64,000 nt of DNA, from positions 1 through 64,000 of the forward strand of contig NW_021834156.1 in the NCBI RefSeq assembly GCF_006345805.1, read 5' to 3'. A program made the position numbers and the translations under genes. The notes below the pieces were generated by a model. The model was not told where the DNA came from, did no database searches, and was given only the letters and a program-made list of their open reading frames with translations. The DNA comes from Octopus sinensis. Taxonomy: Eukaryota. Shown one piece after another: positions 1-13,108 of this stretch. The first letter of the stretch is position 1; each line of letters starts with the position of its first letter.

Positions 1-440
1 GGCGACGAAAACACCCAGCATCAAGCGATGGCGGTGGAGACAAATACAGATACAAATATATTTACACACACACTCACACACATACACACACACACACGCC
101 CGCGCGCGCGCACCCCTCCCCCGCATGTATATATATATATATTATAGATTCATGTATGTATGTATGTATGTATGTATGCGGATGTGCAGTGAATCATTGG
201 TTTACAGATGATTTTTCGAACATAATTCTACTCGAATGATGGGCGGTGTCTTGAATAACGAAGGCGGAAGCTGGCAACTCTGATTGCCGACAAGCTGAAA
301 ATATTAGTGGGAGACTGTAGTTGCTTTCTAGCTTTCACTCTGTATGCACCCCTGCCCGCATTCGCCCCGTACCTTCTCTCGAAACTTTTGAGTGACGCAT
401 TGCATTCAGAAAGGGAAATTAAATTAGTACACTGTGTGCA

Positions 441-754
441 TTAACCCCTTACCCAACAATTATTTTGAAAATAAATGTATTTTTTCAGACATTTTTTAAT
501 TGTTTTACTTTACTATGTTTTGAATGGTGATTTCGAGGTATATTTCAAACCTTATTTATTATGAATTTTAATTCAATAATATTGATTTTAAATTACGGCA
601 TTGGGCAGAAACGAGTTAACCCGTTTTTAGACGAAGGAACTCGTTTGCTGTCGATTTTGGCGAGTCTATCTTTTGACGATTTAACTCGCCAGAGATGGAA
701 AAAAACGATTTCGGTCAAAACGCATATATTCGTTTCTGCCGGGTAAGGGGTTAA
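441..754. mobile_element. piggyBac-type MITE
   Basis: TTAA at 441-444 and 751-754 flank perfect 10-bp inverted termini CCCCTTACCC (445-454) / GGGTAAGGGG (741-750). A TTAA target with CCC-starting TIRs is the piggyBac signature. No ORF. Confidence 0.6.
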
Positions 755-899
755 ACCATATTTATCTTTCATATGGTATCGAAGGGAAACAGACACCAAA
801 TTGCAATCCCTCAAACGAACCACTGGAGAAATTCTCTAGATTCAGGCTATATGTCAAAACGTTTCTGATTCTAATCTGTTATTCCAGTCTTCAGAAAGG

Positions 900-1620
900 G
901 AAACAGGTCTCTTGCCCAATCTCATCACCTTCAGTATCATCAAAATGCTCGAAAATTTAGTGAGATCAAGGATAACGGGCTCCTGAAGAGCAACAACCTT
1001 TCTAAGTTCCAGCCTGCATGCCTTTCGCTGCAGCAGGGACTGCCTAACACAGCTTTTACATCGCATCGATGAAGTCCTTAAAGCGTTGAGATCAATTTCG
1101 GTTGATTAGAGCGTTGACATCAACAATAAATTCGATATGGTTCACAGGATTAACTCCTGGATCTTCACTTTCATAACTAGAATACTGCTCCCCATACCAA
1201 ACAATTACCAAACATTACGATAATTGAGTCACCCTAGAGAATAATCACTAAAAAATAAAAGGTACGACTGATTTTGATAATTTGGACAGCCTAAAACCAT
1301 TGGAGTTTTACTCTCCCCAGCGGCTGCTCGATTTGCAAATTGCGGAGAATACACCACCAGCATTTCCTAAATGAACTTAACATGAGATTCATAATCTATC
1401 CAAGGCTGAGACCACGTGCCATACGCCGCCTACACAGTTCAAGCTCACATCACATAAATTCACTGGAACACAATTTCTTCTACATTTAACATTATCCCAA
1501 AACAAATCAAAGAAAAAATAGATCCCTACACCTTCAAATGAAACCTGAACAAATTTCACCACCGGAAAACGGATAGGCCACCTATACCTGGATACATCTA
1601 AGTAAAAAAATTCCCACTTC
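900..1620 (+). pseudogene. Degenerate, internally deleted non-LTR retrotransposon ORF2 (reverse transcriptase and C-terminus, CR1/Jockey-group-like)
   Basis: Manual translation gives LHAFRCSRDCLTQLLHRIDEVLKAL (~1014-1091) and KFDMVH (~1128-1145), resembling RT motifs QHGFR..RSCLTQLL / KAFD.VDH. FNIIPKQIKEKIDPYTFK*NLNKF...PPIPGY (~1485-1598) resembles the CR1-group C-terminus. Stops and frameshifts present. Confidence 0.65.
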
Positions 1621-2009
1621 AACCGGCCAAGTTACCACAAAAATTGACTTATAGTAAAATGACATAACAGATCATATCAGGAGTTGACATTTAGTTACAC
1701 ACCACCTGGGCCAATATTTGCCCGTAATACATCTACGTTTTATACACACCACACACACACAAGCAAAGAGATTCCAAGGAAGCTGGTGTTGATCTGTGTC
1801 AGGAAAATTTATATAATATAATGATATCGACACAAAAAGGTCAGTGAACTTGCCATGCAGCAAGTTTATTTTTCTCTTTTGTTATGTATTAAATTATAGA
1901 ATTTAAAATTCTATTATTATTGCTGTCCGAAATGTATAATTTCCCATTCTCAAGGGTAATTTCTCTATACAATTGTGAAACATTCAACAGATATATATAT
2001 ATTATATAT

Positions 2010-2046
<37 letters not shown>

Positions 2047-2597
2047 GCATGCTTATCTGTACATTCTTTCTGAATATACAGAAAATGTTTTTGAATTCAC
2101 AGGACGCATGGAATTTGTCAATAAGCTATTTAATCCGTTGTAAATTACGATAAAACTATAAAAATTTGGTAATGCAGCAACAAGAAGATATACAGAAATA
2201 TATCTAATACATACAAGCACAGTCAAACCGTGTTTCATTAAAATGGTTGTATGTAGATATACAAACAAAACCTTCAGCAAAAAGACAATTGAATGATATT
2301 CAAATTAAACTAATCTTATATTCACTCGCACCCACGAATATGAATAAGTGACAAAATGTAAACATGACGTGGATTGGTATTTGATATCTAATTCCTTCTA
2401 TTCGTCAGTAGATTTAAAGTACACGAATAAAGTTAGATTTAACTGAAGCTCAGAGCAATATGTTTTAAATTAGTTATAAGAGTGTCTTTGTTATATTCGT
2501 TATCTCTACATTAAAAGCTTAGAGCATTGTAAATTAATGTCAAGTTACGATAACTGAATAAAAAAAGACACCACTCCAGGTGCATAAAATCAATGTA

Positions 2598-2645
<48 letters not shown>

Positions 2646-3096
2646 CATATACGCTTTTATAAATAAAAGTGCATTGATCTTCTTGTGTATGTCTATTTAT
2701 ATGGCTCTCTCTTTCTCTTTTTCTCTGTGTGTGTGGGTGTATATGTATATATATATATGTGTGTGTGTACGTGTGTGTGCATATGTACGTGTTTATGTAT
2801 GTATAATTACACACAGATATACTCGTGTAAATGTACATATTCATATATAGAATCAGCAGATGTATAGAAACAGTAAAATTTTAAACTTCACATCTCATTA
2901 TATTATTTAAGAATAGAGAGAGCACTAGAAGGCAACGGGTTGTCGGTACAATGACTTCATGCAAGAAGGGAAAGCTGAAGAGTAAATATACCGCATAAAG
3001 AAAATGCTCATGTATTAAGGAAAATTCCCACCTCCTCTGCTGCTGTTGAACTAAACAAAGATACTCACACACACACACAAACACACACACAAACAC

Positions 3097-3133
<37 letters not shown>

Positions 3134-3804
3134 ACACACACACAAACACACACATACACACACACACATTGAACAAAAACGAAATGCATTTTTCAAAATG
3201 TCACTGAACGCATTTCAATAGCGTCTTTTATTAACAGTTCGAAGTCAATTGCAATGCATTTGTTACGTTGTACCGTTAACCACTAGGACTCATTAGCTGA
3301 TATTCTGCCATTTTGTGGGTAGGATCTGTGAAGGAAGATATATTGATAAGTAAGTAGAATGAAACGGGCTTTTTTTCAAAGTAGGGTTGATATATTAAAA
3401 TTTCCGACCAATGAAACAGTACGAATCCAAAATCAACTAAATTAATCAATGCGTAAGCTAGAAAGCGTGTGGAAAAATGTCCACGTTCAGTTCATATCCT
3501 GGAATATAGGGCGAAGTGAGATTTTAATGGGCAGTTAATATCTGTAATAAACTATACTGTTATCTTCAAATGAAGTGGGCCAACCATTCGAATTGACTGG
3601 TTGATGAGTGTAACTCCAGGACAAAGCAGATCGCTTTTATTCTTAAAATAATTAATAAGAAATATGACTTTTATCTTTAAGAGACATATGCCAAAAAGAT
3701 TATATATTTAGACACATAAACACTTGCGCAAACATACAAGTAGACACACACACAAACTCACTTACACACACACAACACACACACACACGGTAAATAATAT
3801 GTAT

Positions 3805-4034
3805 GCGGCGAGCTGGCAGAAACGTTAGCACGCCGGGCGAAATGCGTAGCCGTATTTCGTCTGCCATTACGTTCTGAGTTCAAATTCCGCCGAGGTCTAC
3901 TTTGCCTTTCATCCTTTCGGGGTCGATTAAATAAGTACCAGTTACGCACTGGGGTCGATATAATCGACTTAATCCCTTTGTCTGTCCTTGTTTGTCCCCT
4001 CTATGTTTAGCCCCTTGTGGGTAGTAAAGAAATA
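3805..4034 (+). mobile_element. tRNA-derived SINE, family A (ggcgagctggcagaaacgttagcacgccgggcg head)
   Basis: tRNA-like head with B-box-like gagttcaaattcc, central gcctttcatcctttcggggtcgat block and 3' gggtagtaaagaaat. Further copies at ~7686-7898(-), 12048-13108(+), 15905-16040(+), 22995-23210(-), 26690-26775(-), 40990-41180(-), 55765-55930(-) and 58241-58790(+). Confidence 0.85.
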
Positions 4035-4585
4035 AATATGTATGCGGACTTCGTAAGAAGGATATGAGAGTAAAGCGAATGACTATACCCAACGAAAAAT
4101 ACAACGAATATATAGATAGAATGATGAACTTCTCTGCACGTAGGTATAACATTTGGAGTGTTTGGTGAAAATTGAATTTAAGATCTTAAGTTATCTAGAA
4201 CAATTAAGTGTGAATAATACATAGAACAATTTACAAATGCAAATGGTTAAGGAGATATATTAGTGTAAATGGGAAAATGAACATAAGTAAACAATAGATT
4301 TAGTCAAGAGAAAAGGTCAGTTGTTGAAAAAAGTAAAGGTTAAAACTATTCTAGATACAACGGAATAGTATATGTAGTATTGTACTGTTGTACTGATCAG
4401 CTGAATCACTGGAAATACTTTGTAGGTGGTGGGTGGGGTTGAACCTGTCTAGGCAAAGATACACGGAGGTGCTTCTCAGTTAATTTGGCAAGATCTATCA
4501 ACTTTCTTGTGCATTACCATACATATGTACATGCAGAGATACCCGGCGTTGCTCGGGATTGAAATGGCATACTTTGTAAATTTAT

Positions 4586-5616
4586 CATGTCATCCCATAA
4601 GTTTTGTCTGATTTTACCTTTTTTTTAAAATTGAATGAAATTTAATAGTATTTTAGAATGCTTGAATGAAAGAAATTGCAGAAGATGGTTTGCAAAATTC
4701 AGAAGCGGAGATTTCAGCCTTGAAGATGAAGATCGAACAGGGTGTCCAGTTGAGTTTGATGATAAGCTCCTTGGGGCATTACTTGAAGAAAATCCTGCAT
4801 TATCAGTTGAAGAATTAGTTCAAACCATACAACTGTTCCTCGTCATCTTCAACAACTTGGAAAGGTTCCTGAACTTGGAAAATGCGTGCCTCATGAATTG
4901 CCCGAAAGCAACCGTAGAACCCGAGTTGACATCTGCTCTTCTCTCCATTCTTGCGGACTCATTTCACCCGTTTTGGATAGACTTGTGACAGGTGACGAAA
5001 AATGGATCCTCTATCGAAATGTTAAACATCATAAACAGTGGCTTGGTAAAAAGGAAAAATAATCTCAACCACAACCGAGAATGGAACTTCATTGGAAAAA
5101 GTTTCTTCTCTGTATCTGGTGAGATTGCAAAGGAGTAATTCATTTTGAATTGTTACCACCTAATGCAACAATCAATGCTCAAGTCTACTGTCAACAATTA
5201 GAGCGTTTGAACCAAGCTGAGAAGAAAAAAGACCTGCTTTAGTGAATCGAAAAGGAGTGATGCGTGACCCCACACTGCAAAGATCACATCACAGAAGATC
5301 GAAGAGCTTGCTTGGGAAAAAATTCCTCATCCATCCTATTCTCCCAACCTTGCTCCTTCAGACTACCATTTGTTTCGGAGGTTACAGAATCATTTGAGAG
5401 ACATAAGTTTCGCAAGCCAGGAGGAGGTCGAAACTAACATTTCAGAGTTCTTCGCTTTAAAATCAAAAGAGTTTTACATTAATGGGAATAAAAAGCTTGT
5501 AAATAGATGGAAGGAAGTAATAGATAATCAGAGAAAGTACATTGATGACTAAATTTCAATTAAATATAACGTTTGATCACTTGTTTTCTTTATTCAAAAT
5601 TAGGACAGAACTTATG
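4586..5616 (+). mobile_element. Mariner-like DNA transposon with frameshifted transposase pseudogene
   Basis: RRWFAKFRSGDFSLEDE, LVTGDEKWILY (~4982-5014) and HPSYSPNLAPSDYHLF (YSPDLAP motif). TIR remnants catcccataagttttgtctgatttt (~4591-4615) and aaaattaggacagaacttatg (5596-5616). Confidence 0.92.
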
Positions 5617-5900
5617 AACGCTAAGGAGAACATGCGTAGGATTTTTAACTCGACGGTAACTGGTAACACAAATTCGCTTCCATACGACCAGCATCTTTCA
5701 ACAGGAGAAAAATATGGCGAATAGCACTTCACATTGTAGTGAGAGACATTTGCATTATGTAAGGCCGAGCTCCCAGAAACAGCTGTCAAATTAGATATAT
5801 TATGCTTTCTCTTCTTAATATTCTGTTTTTGTATGCTCCATATAAATGTAAATTTCTCTCTCTCTCTCTCTCTCTCTTGCTCTCCCTCTCCCTCTCCCTG

Positions 5901-5965
<65 letters not shown>

Positions 5966-6334
5966 TATACATATACATACTTACATACATGAATACTACT
6001 TATATATAATATATATATATATATATATATGAAAGAAAAAATTGAGTGAAAAGACAACAGAAAACTTATGTTATATGGTTAAAGAATATATATAAATCGT
6101 CATATTAGAAAAATGTAATAAAATTTTGTGAGTAGTGACATTGTTTTTGGAGAAATAGGCAACCATCCAACCATTACGCCAGCGATGCGCTTTCACATAC
6201 CAACTCTCTCTCTCCCTCTCTATATATACAACACAAACACACACACACACATCTGTTTACACTTGTGTTTATCTCCTGAATATATTTAGTTATTACTTTC
6301 TACTCGTATCTCTATATATCTATGGGTATCTGAA

Positions 6335-6366
<32 letters not shown>

Positions 6367-6509
6367 CTAATATACACCACACATACAAACCACCACGTTA
6401 TATATATATATATATATCTATATTATATATTATATGTATGTATGTATGTATACATACATACATACATGCATATATATAATATATATATATATACATACAT
6501 ATATATATA

Positions 6510-6546
<37 letters not shown>

Positions 6547-6599
6547 TACATATACATGTTTCAAATATTCCACGATAGGTATGTAAAAGCCGACAGAGA

Positions 6600-6630
6600 G
6601 ATCGATCGATCGATCGATAGATAGATAGAT

Positions 6631-6693
<63 letters not shown>

Positions 6694-6720
6694 TAGATAG
6701 ATAGATAGATAGATAAAGAT
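6600..6720. repeat. (GATA)n microsatellite
   Basis: Direct inspection. Other GATA/TATC arrays at ~32697-32790, 37000-37345, 52915-53075 and 62473-62828. Confidence 0.95.
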
Positions 6721-7382
6721 ATATCATCTATCATCTATACCGTTTTCTACAACCACGAAAACCTTAGGAATAACATGCCAGTTCCGGTTTCACATTAAAT
6801 CAACAAAACATTCTCACGTTGATGAGATTATTTTTTCTGCAGAAATAAATTATCATTTCACAAAAGTTAATTAGTAAAACCAACAAACAGTTTGATTTAA
6901 GTGTTAAATATACACATCTCTCTACTTGACATCGTCTCCAGATGAGTGCAATACAAATTGAGCGACCACGGAATTTTCCTCTACTTGTCGCTTTTGCTGT
7001 AGTTTAACACTATTATTGGTCTTAAGTGACAAGTCATACATTTTCTAAATTTACTGCAGGACAGTGAAAATCGAAAAGTCGATATGTGTGAATCAAATTC
7101 AGTCCTATTTGAATTTTCTCTATATATCTCATTCTGACGAATCCCAGATGAACTCGTCGGATCTAAACATCGATGAATTTTTCTGAGTATTTACAATCCA
7201 GCGGTCTCAGCATGAGAGGCGACTCTAGTTCGGTTTCACTCACGAGTATTCAAAGTCTAGTAAGTTCTCTGAGAGAAATTCCCTTTTCGAGCTGAGGGGA
7301 ATATGATTCGGCTGGGTGTCCTCTACTAATCCACGCCATTTTAGAGTACCCGCAGATATGTGTGTGCGTGTGTGTGTGTTTG

Positions 7383-7416
<34 letters not shown>

Positions 7417-8172
7417 ATCTGATTATGACATCACTCTAATATGGTGATATGGACTGTAGTTATGTAAGTTGGAGTAACTTAGCGGGTTCCTACTCACTAA
7501 CCCTTTCAATGACTGTTTCAAAAAGAACCTAACTCAAGGTTTTACATTGCCTTTGTCACAGAAAGTTTTTTAGTTCAGCCCCTAATGATATTTTAAGAAT
7601 TTCAAGACTAGTTATTCACAATATAGTTCCTTGTTTAAAATAGTAGGGTTTGTCTCTACAGAAATTTCACTGTCGTTCTTATTTCTTTACTGCCCACAAG
7701 GGGACAAACAAGGACAGACAAACGAATTAAAAATCGAGTATATCAACCCCAATGTGTAACTGGTACTTATTTAATCGACCCCGAAAGGATGAAATGCAAA
7801 GTCGACTTCGGCGGAATTTGAACTCAGAACGTAGTGCCAGACGAAATACCGCTAAGCATTTCGCCCGGTGTGTTAACGTTTCTGCCAGCTCGCCGCCTTT
7901 CTGGTAGCTTTTCTGTCTTTCTAATACCTTTCAGGTCTTTCGTAATTGCAGGCTTATTGGTTCGATGCTGTTGTTTCTAACCAAATCACACCAGACATAA
8001 CACAGCACTCCTATATTCAAACCCTATTCTATTTGTAACCATTTCGTCTGATTGCCATATAACTATTATTCAAAGTTTCTACTACAAAATCAACCCTTAT
8101 CCTCCAATTAACAGAATGAGATAAAAAAAAATCCAATGTAGTGAAAATTTTCAGAACATTTATGAAGAGAAG

Positions 8173-8220
8173 GTCTTACAGCTGTTTCCGGGATATATTA
8201 TATATCCATTCATCAGAGAC
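8173..8220 (-). ncRNA. Minimal type I hammerhead ribozyme motif with intact core
   Basis: Minus strand reads GTCT-CTGATGA-at-GGATATA taa TATATCC-cg-GAAAC-AGCT-GTA-AGAC. Helix I GTCT/AGAC, 7-bp helix II, palindromic helix III, GUA cleavage triplet. Confidence 0.75.
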
Positions 8221-8278
8221 GGCGCGGGAAATGTTTGAATAAAAGTTGTTATAGAGAAGATATGAAATAGAGAGTATA

Positions 8279-8315
<37 letters not shown>

Positions 8316-8445
8316 GTCTCTCTATGTTTATGTGTGTGTATGTGTGAATTTATATATATGCATATTATTCTTGAACATATATGTGTGTGTGCGTTTGTGT
8401 GTATGTGTGTAAGTGTTTGTGTTGTGTGTATGTGTGTAATTGTGT

Positions 8446-8505
<60 letters not shown>

Positions 8506-10149
8506 TTCTATATACACACGTTTTAGCACATGTGTAAGAATTATATTAAACCAAACCGCTTATGCTGTGGCAATATTTTATCTCGATTTCCCATATTTAA
8601 ATTTAAGTTCCTCATTTATATTTAACATACTCCTAAACACTAGCGCTCACACACAGACATAAAGAATATAAACATGTATTTGAGATCTAACCTATTATCT
8701 TGCTTCATTTAAAGATGTCTCCTAAGAAATATTTACAACCATTCCCTTCGTTAATGAAGTGCCAAAGGACGATTTATTGATATATATTGCTTGTACATGC
8801 TAAGGTAGTGTGTTCTCATTGTTTTTGTTATTCTTCCTTCCTGAGATCTCTAGGCAATATTACCAGTAAATTGAGGTTTTTAAAATCGTTATAGACACCG
8901 AACGAAAATCTACCGTTCCTCTGCATAAGTTTGAAAATGCGATGGTAATTGTCCTTATGTCAGTACCAAAAAGAGACGAATCTCATGCGCCTCCAGCTAA
9001 TAGGTAGGACGCAAACATTCAAACAGCTATCGACCCTTTTGTATACTAACAAAAAAATACCCCATGCCAAGAAAAATTTATGAATCTTCTGCTCACAATA
9101 GCATACCCTTTCATATTAAACTGAATGTTATATGGAAATTATTGCCAGGTAATAATGCTTCCATGCCACCACGGAATCTTTGTAGACATGCCAAATAATT
9201 AAAGCCAGAGCTTAATGTCTCCTATACACGCCATGTTAAAACAGTTCTGTATAAACTAGGGGGAAAGTAGAGAGTATAGCTGTCTGCTATAATCTCTATA
9301 AACATTTAACCATTTAGAAACGGACAAAGAGTTTTAAATACTCGTTTTGTTTAGCTTTTGATGTTCAGCTTTTTTGGAATTGCTTAGAAATAATTCAGAA
9401 TATGTGAAAGAAAACAACGCGTTTTCTGATGCTTGAACGTATAGGTTGAAGTCTGTCCTTCATTGATGAGGACAGAATAAGATCGAAGCACGTATAAAGT
9501 TATCTCCCGTATTTGGTAGAAGAAACACATTCATCATAGCCGCGATAATGTATAGCTTGCAAACGCTAATGTCATAAGGCAGAGAAAGAGAAAGGAGACA
9601 AAAGAGAGAGAGGGGGGAGAGAGACAGATAGACAAACAGACATATTACACTTAAATGACATATAAAAATGCTTGGGAATTTCTACCAGACATGACTCAAG
9701 AATAGTAATAGAAACGTACGGATGTACATCAGCGATCTTTCCAGCCACAGTACCCGCGCTCTGTTTTAAAAATATACTTCCTTATATGGGTACAAGGTCT
9801 GAAATTTTAGTAAGAGGGAGCTCGTCGACCACTTTGAACCCAATGATGAAACTGGTAGTTATTTTATCGACAAAGAAATAATAACGATATCACGAACGGG
9901 AAATCAGTGATATTAAGACAAAGTGTTATTGCAAATAACAGCAAAGCTATTGCATGTCTCCACGCATAACATCAGAACATTCAACGAGCAGATCAATTAG
10001 CCCTGCATATTACGTTTCGTATGTTCTACCATCATAAAGATGTAATATTCATCAAGGTACTAATAATAAATTGATCGTAAAAATCACTAATTAGGAAACA
10101 TTATGTGCTGAGGGGAAAACATCATTATGGCTACGACGAATGAGAAGCG

Positions 10150-10740
10150 TTTGTGTTCTAACAACTATGGGAGATAAATTTATATGTGCTCCGAACATAC
10201 TCTGCCCTCATCAATGAAGTTTTTCTAAGCAATTCCAAAAGCTTCAGGTTAAGAAATATACAAAAATTGTATTGGCTGTAATTACAGCTTGAATTTCCAA
10301 GCTATAACCCCCAGATCATCGCAGATCCTCCTCCATGTTTAACAGTTGGAAGATGGCAGTTTGTGTCAAATGCTTTTTTTTTTCTATCGCTGTCTCCACA
10401 CATATACTCCGCCGGTGATCGGAAATAAGGTAAAGGATTACTCGTCCGAGAAAATAACATTCTTCCACTGCTCTCGGGACCAATTCTCTAGGCTTGTACT
10501 TTTGTGATCCTTTCTAATAATTCGCGTAAGTGACCGACGATCCCTATCTGAAAGTTTTGTTTTTTTTCCGGAGTTTTGTTTTGACGAGGAGGTTTTTCCC
10601 TCTTTCTTAGATCTGTCATTACTTTCGAGGCACTACTTCTTGATAAACCAAAAATTTCGGCTGTTTTCTTTACGCTAGCGCCTGCCATAAGAGATCCAAC
10701 CATTTGACCACTTTGAAAGTCCGATAGATCTGTCATGTTA
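10150..10740 (-). mobile_element. Tc1-like transposase pseudogene, N-terminal half
   Basis: MTDLSDFQSGQMVGSLMAGASVKKTAEIFGLSRSSASKVMT (paired-like HTH) and the Tc1 motif PTVKHGGGS (10323-10349, minus). Frameshifted. Confidence 0.85.
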
Positions 10741-10929
10741 ATGAATTTTAATTGCCTTTTTCTGATGATATCTGAAGAAGCAGCAATTTTAACATAACTT
10801 ATTAAGCAACACTAATAACACTAGTCAATAGCCAATTTTCATCAGGGATATTATGTCTTTTTTTATATGTAGTTTTGTCTGCAGATTTCAAAAATGTAAT
10901 CGGTTTCCTTCTATCAGGCACAGTTTTTT

Positions 10930-11345
10930 CTGATGGTTGAATTGTTTCTCGGTTGAGAAAAGGCAAATAAAATCTGATGGATTTTTCAGTTTGTTTAAGA
11001 GCCTTTTAGATCTGATGTAGAGATTTTCTTTTGCTTTTTCTGACAAATTGGCCTTACCTCATTATATAAGACATATAACTGATATCTTCGTGGACAATAT
11101 TTCTGACTGTTCCTTCTGACACGTGAAGGTCTTTTTCAGTTGACCTCATGGTCTTTCTGGTGTTGTAACCAATGGTTTGTTCAACTTACTGGATAAATTC
11201 AGATGTTCCGATGATTTCATAGCTTTTTATACTTTTTATGCTTTGATACTGGTGATACGTTTCCATCTTCAATCTCTAACTCCTTACAAATTTTGTAGAC
11301 GAAAGATCGGGAAACTTTTTTAAAATCGAGATATTTCTAAACTGC
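10930..11345 (-). mobile_element. Tc1/mariner superfamily transposase remnant (maT/DD37D-like)
   Basis: Manual translation gives ...SRSFVYKICKELE...KTMRSTEKDLHVSEGTVRNIVHEDISYMSYIMR*GQF / SEKAKENLYIRSKRLLNKLKN..FSTEKQF, resembling maT-type N-terminal and first catalytic-Asp regions. Confidence 0.65.
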
Positions 11346-12047
11346 TATACTCAGCTTTTATAAGTACAATAACAGCGTACCTCTTTATTTCTTGAGTATA
11401 CTGAGGGTTTACCATTATTATTTTCTGAAACAAAGATTATAGAGAATGTGCAGAAAAGGCAGCAATGACCCCCAAAAATGTATATCCTCAAATACCTTAC
11501 ACACCCTATATATATAGAAATATATATATACATATATGTGTACCTGTTAGTTGTGAATTGCATTAATAGTTAACGATTCAGATACTGTACTGTCTTTTCG
11601 CTGACAAGTCATTTAGTATTAATGAAGACTCTTATCTAGTGTGAACGACCGCCAATAAATAATTTTCACTGAATTCTAGAGATTACACCATGTTTGATTA
11701 AGCTGAGACCAGGAGAGATTAAATAACTTTGATTATTCATTAATTTATTGTCCATGGAAATTATATTTCAGAAAACGAAAAAAAGAAAAGAAAAGAAAAG
11801 AGACAGGCAAAACAGAACTAATCAGGAAAAGTAAAGAACAAAACGAAAAGAAATATGGCGGACAAACAGACAAACAGATCTCGAGATTACTGTGCGATTA
11901 GTAAACGGAAATACTAGTATCGGCTGAGCAGAAGTCTAAATTACTTTTGTTGTTTTTGTTGCAGAGATTAAATATCTAGCATTGAGCAATGATCTTGCAA
12001 TGAACAATTGGTTCATATTATTTTTCGTTGAGATATTAATTTCTACC

Positions 12048-13108
12048 GCTAAGGCGACGAACGGACAGAATCGTTAGCACGCTGGGCAAAATGCTTAGCA
12101 GTATTTCGTCCGTCATGCTTTTAAATTCCGTCGGGGTAGACTTTGTCCTTCATACTTTCGCAGTCGAGAAAATAAGTACCACTTAAACACCAGGCTCGGT
12201 TCAATCGACTTAGTCGCACTCCAAATCTGCTGGTCTTATACAAATTTGCGACCGGCAGAAACGTTAGCACGCCGGGTGGAATGCGTAGCCGTATTTCGTC
12301 TGCGTTACGTTGTGAGTTCAAATTCCGCCGAGGTCGACTTTGCCTTTCATCCTTTCGGGGTCGATAAATTAAGTACCAGTTACGCACTGGGGTCGATGTA
12401 ATCGACTTAATACCTATGTCTGTCCTTGTTTGTCCCCTCTGTGTTTAGCCACTTGTGGGTAGTAAAGAAATAGGTATTAGTTTCTACTTCTTGCGCGTCA
12501 GAAATATTTATTGTTATTCAAGGCGACGAGCTGGCAGAAACGTTAGCACGCCAGGTGAAATGCTTAGCGGTATTTCGTCTGCGGTTACGTTCTGAGTTCA
12601 AATTCTGCCGAGGTACACTTTGCCTTTCATCCTTTCGGGGTCGATTAAATAAGTACCAGTTACGCACTGGGGTCGATATAATCGACTTAATCCGTTTGTC
12701 TGTCCTTGTTTGTCCTCTCTGTGTTTAGCCACTTGTGGGTAGTAAAGAAATAGGTATTTCATCTACCGCTACGTTCTGAGTTCAAATTCCGCCGATGTTG
12801 ACTTTGCCTTTCATCCTTTTGAGGTCGATTAAATAAGTACCAATTAGGCACTGGGTTCGATATAATCGACTTAATCCGTTTGTCTGTCCTTGTTTGTCCC
12901 CTTGTGGGCAGTAAAGAAACAGGCATTTCGTCTGCCGTTACGTTCTGAGTACAAATTCCGTCGAGGTCAACTTTGCATTTCATTCTTTCGGGGTCGATAA
13001 ATTAAGTACCAGTTACACTCTGCGGTTGATATAATCGACTTAATCCCTTTGTCTGTCCTTGTTTGTCCTCTCTATGTTTAGCTCCATGTGGGCAATAAAG
13101 AAATAAGA
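12048..13108 (+). mobile_element. Head-to-tail array of about 5 SINE family A units
   Basis: Repeated units joined by aaagaaataggtatttc junctions (~12745, ~12915); later units lack the tRNA A-box end. Confidence 0.85.

Noticed and set aside
206-294. Possible minus-strand exon (ctaatattttcag acceptor, gtaaac donor) open in two frames
   Set aside because: Weak donor, no recognisable peptide and no partner exons.
9672-9881. 69-aa ORF and an antisense frame with a vaguely cadherin-like LKQSAGTVAGKIAD stretch
   Set aside because: An in-frame stop lies just upstream and cadherin motifs (DRE, DxNDN) are absent; similarity is not convincing.
11966-12050. Acceptor followed by signal-peptide-like MNNWFILFFVEILISTAK
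   Set aside because: It runs directly into a SINE A head with no donor; hydrophobicity is expected from T-rich sequence.
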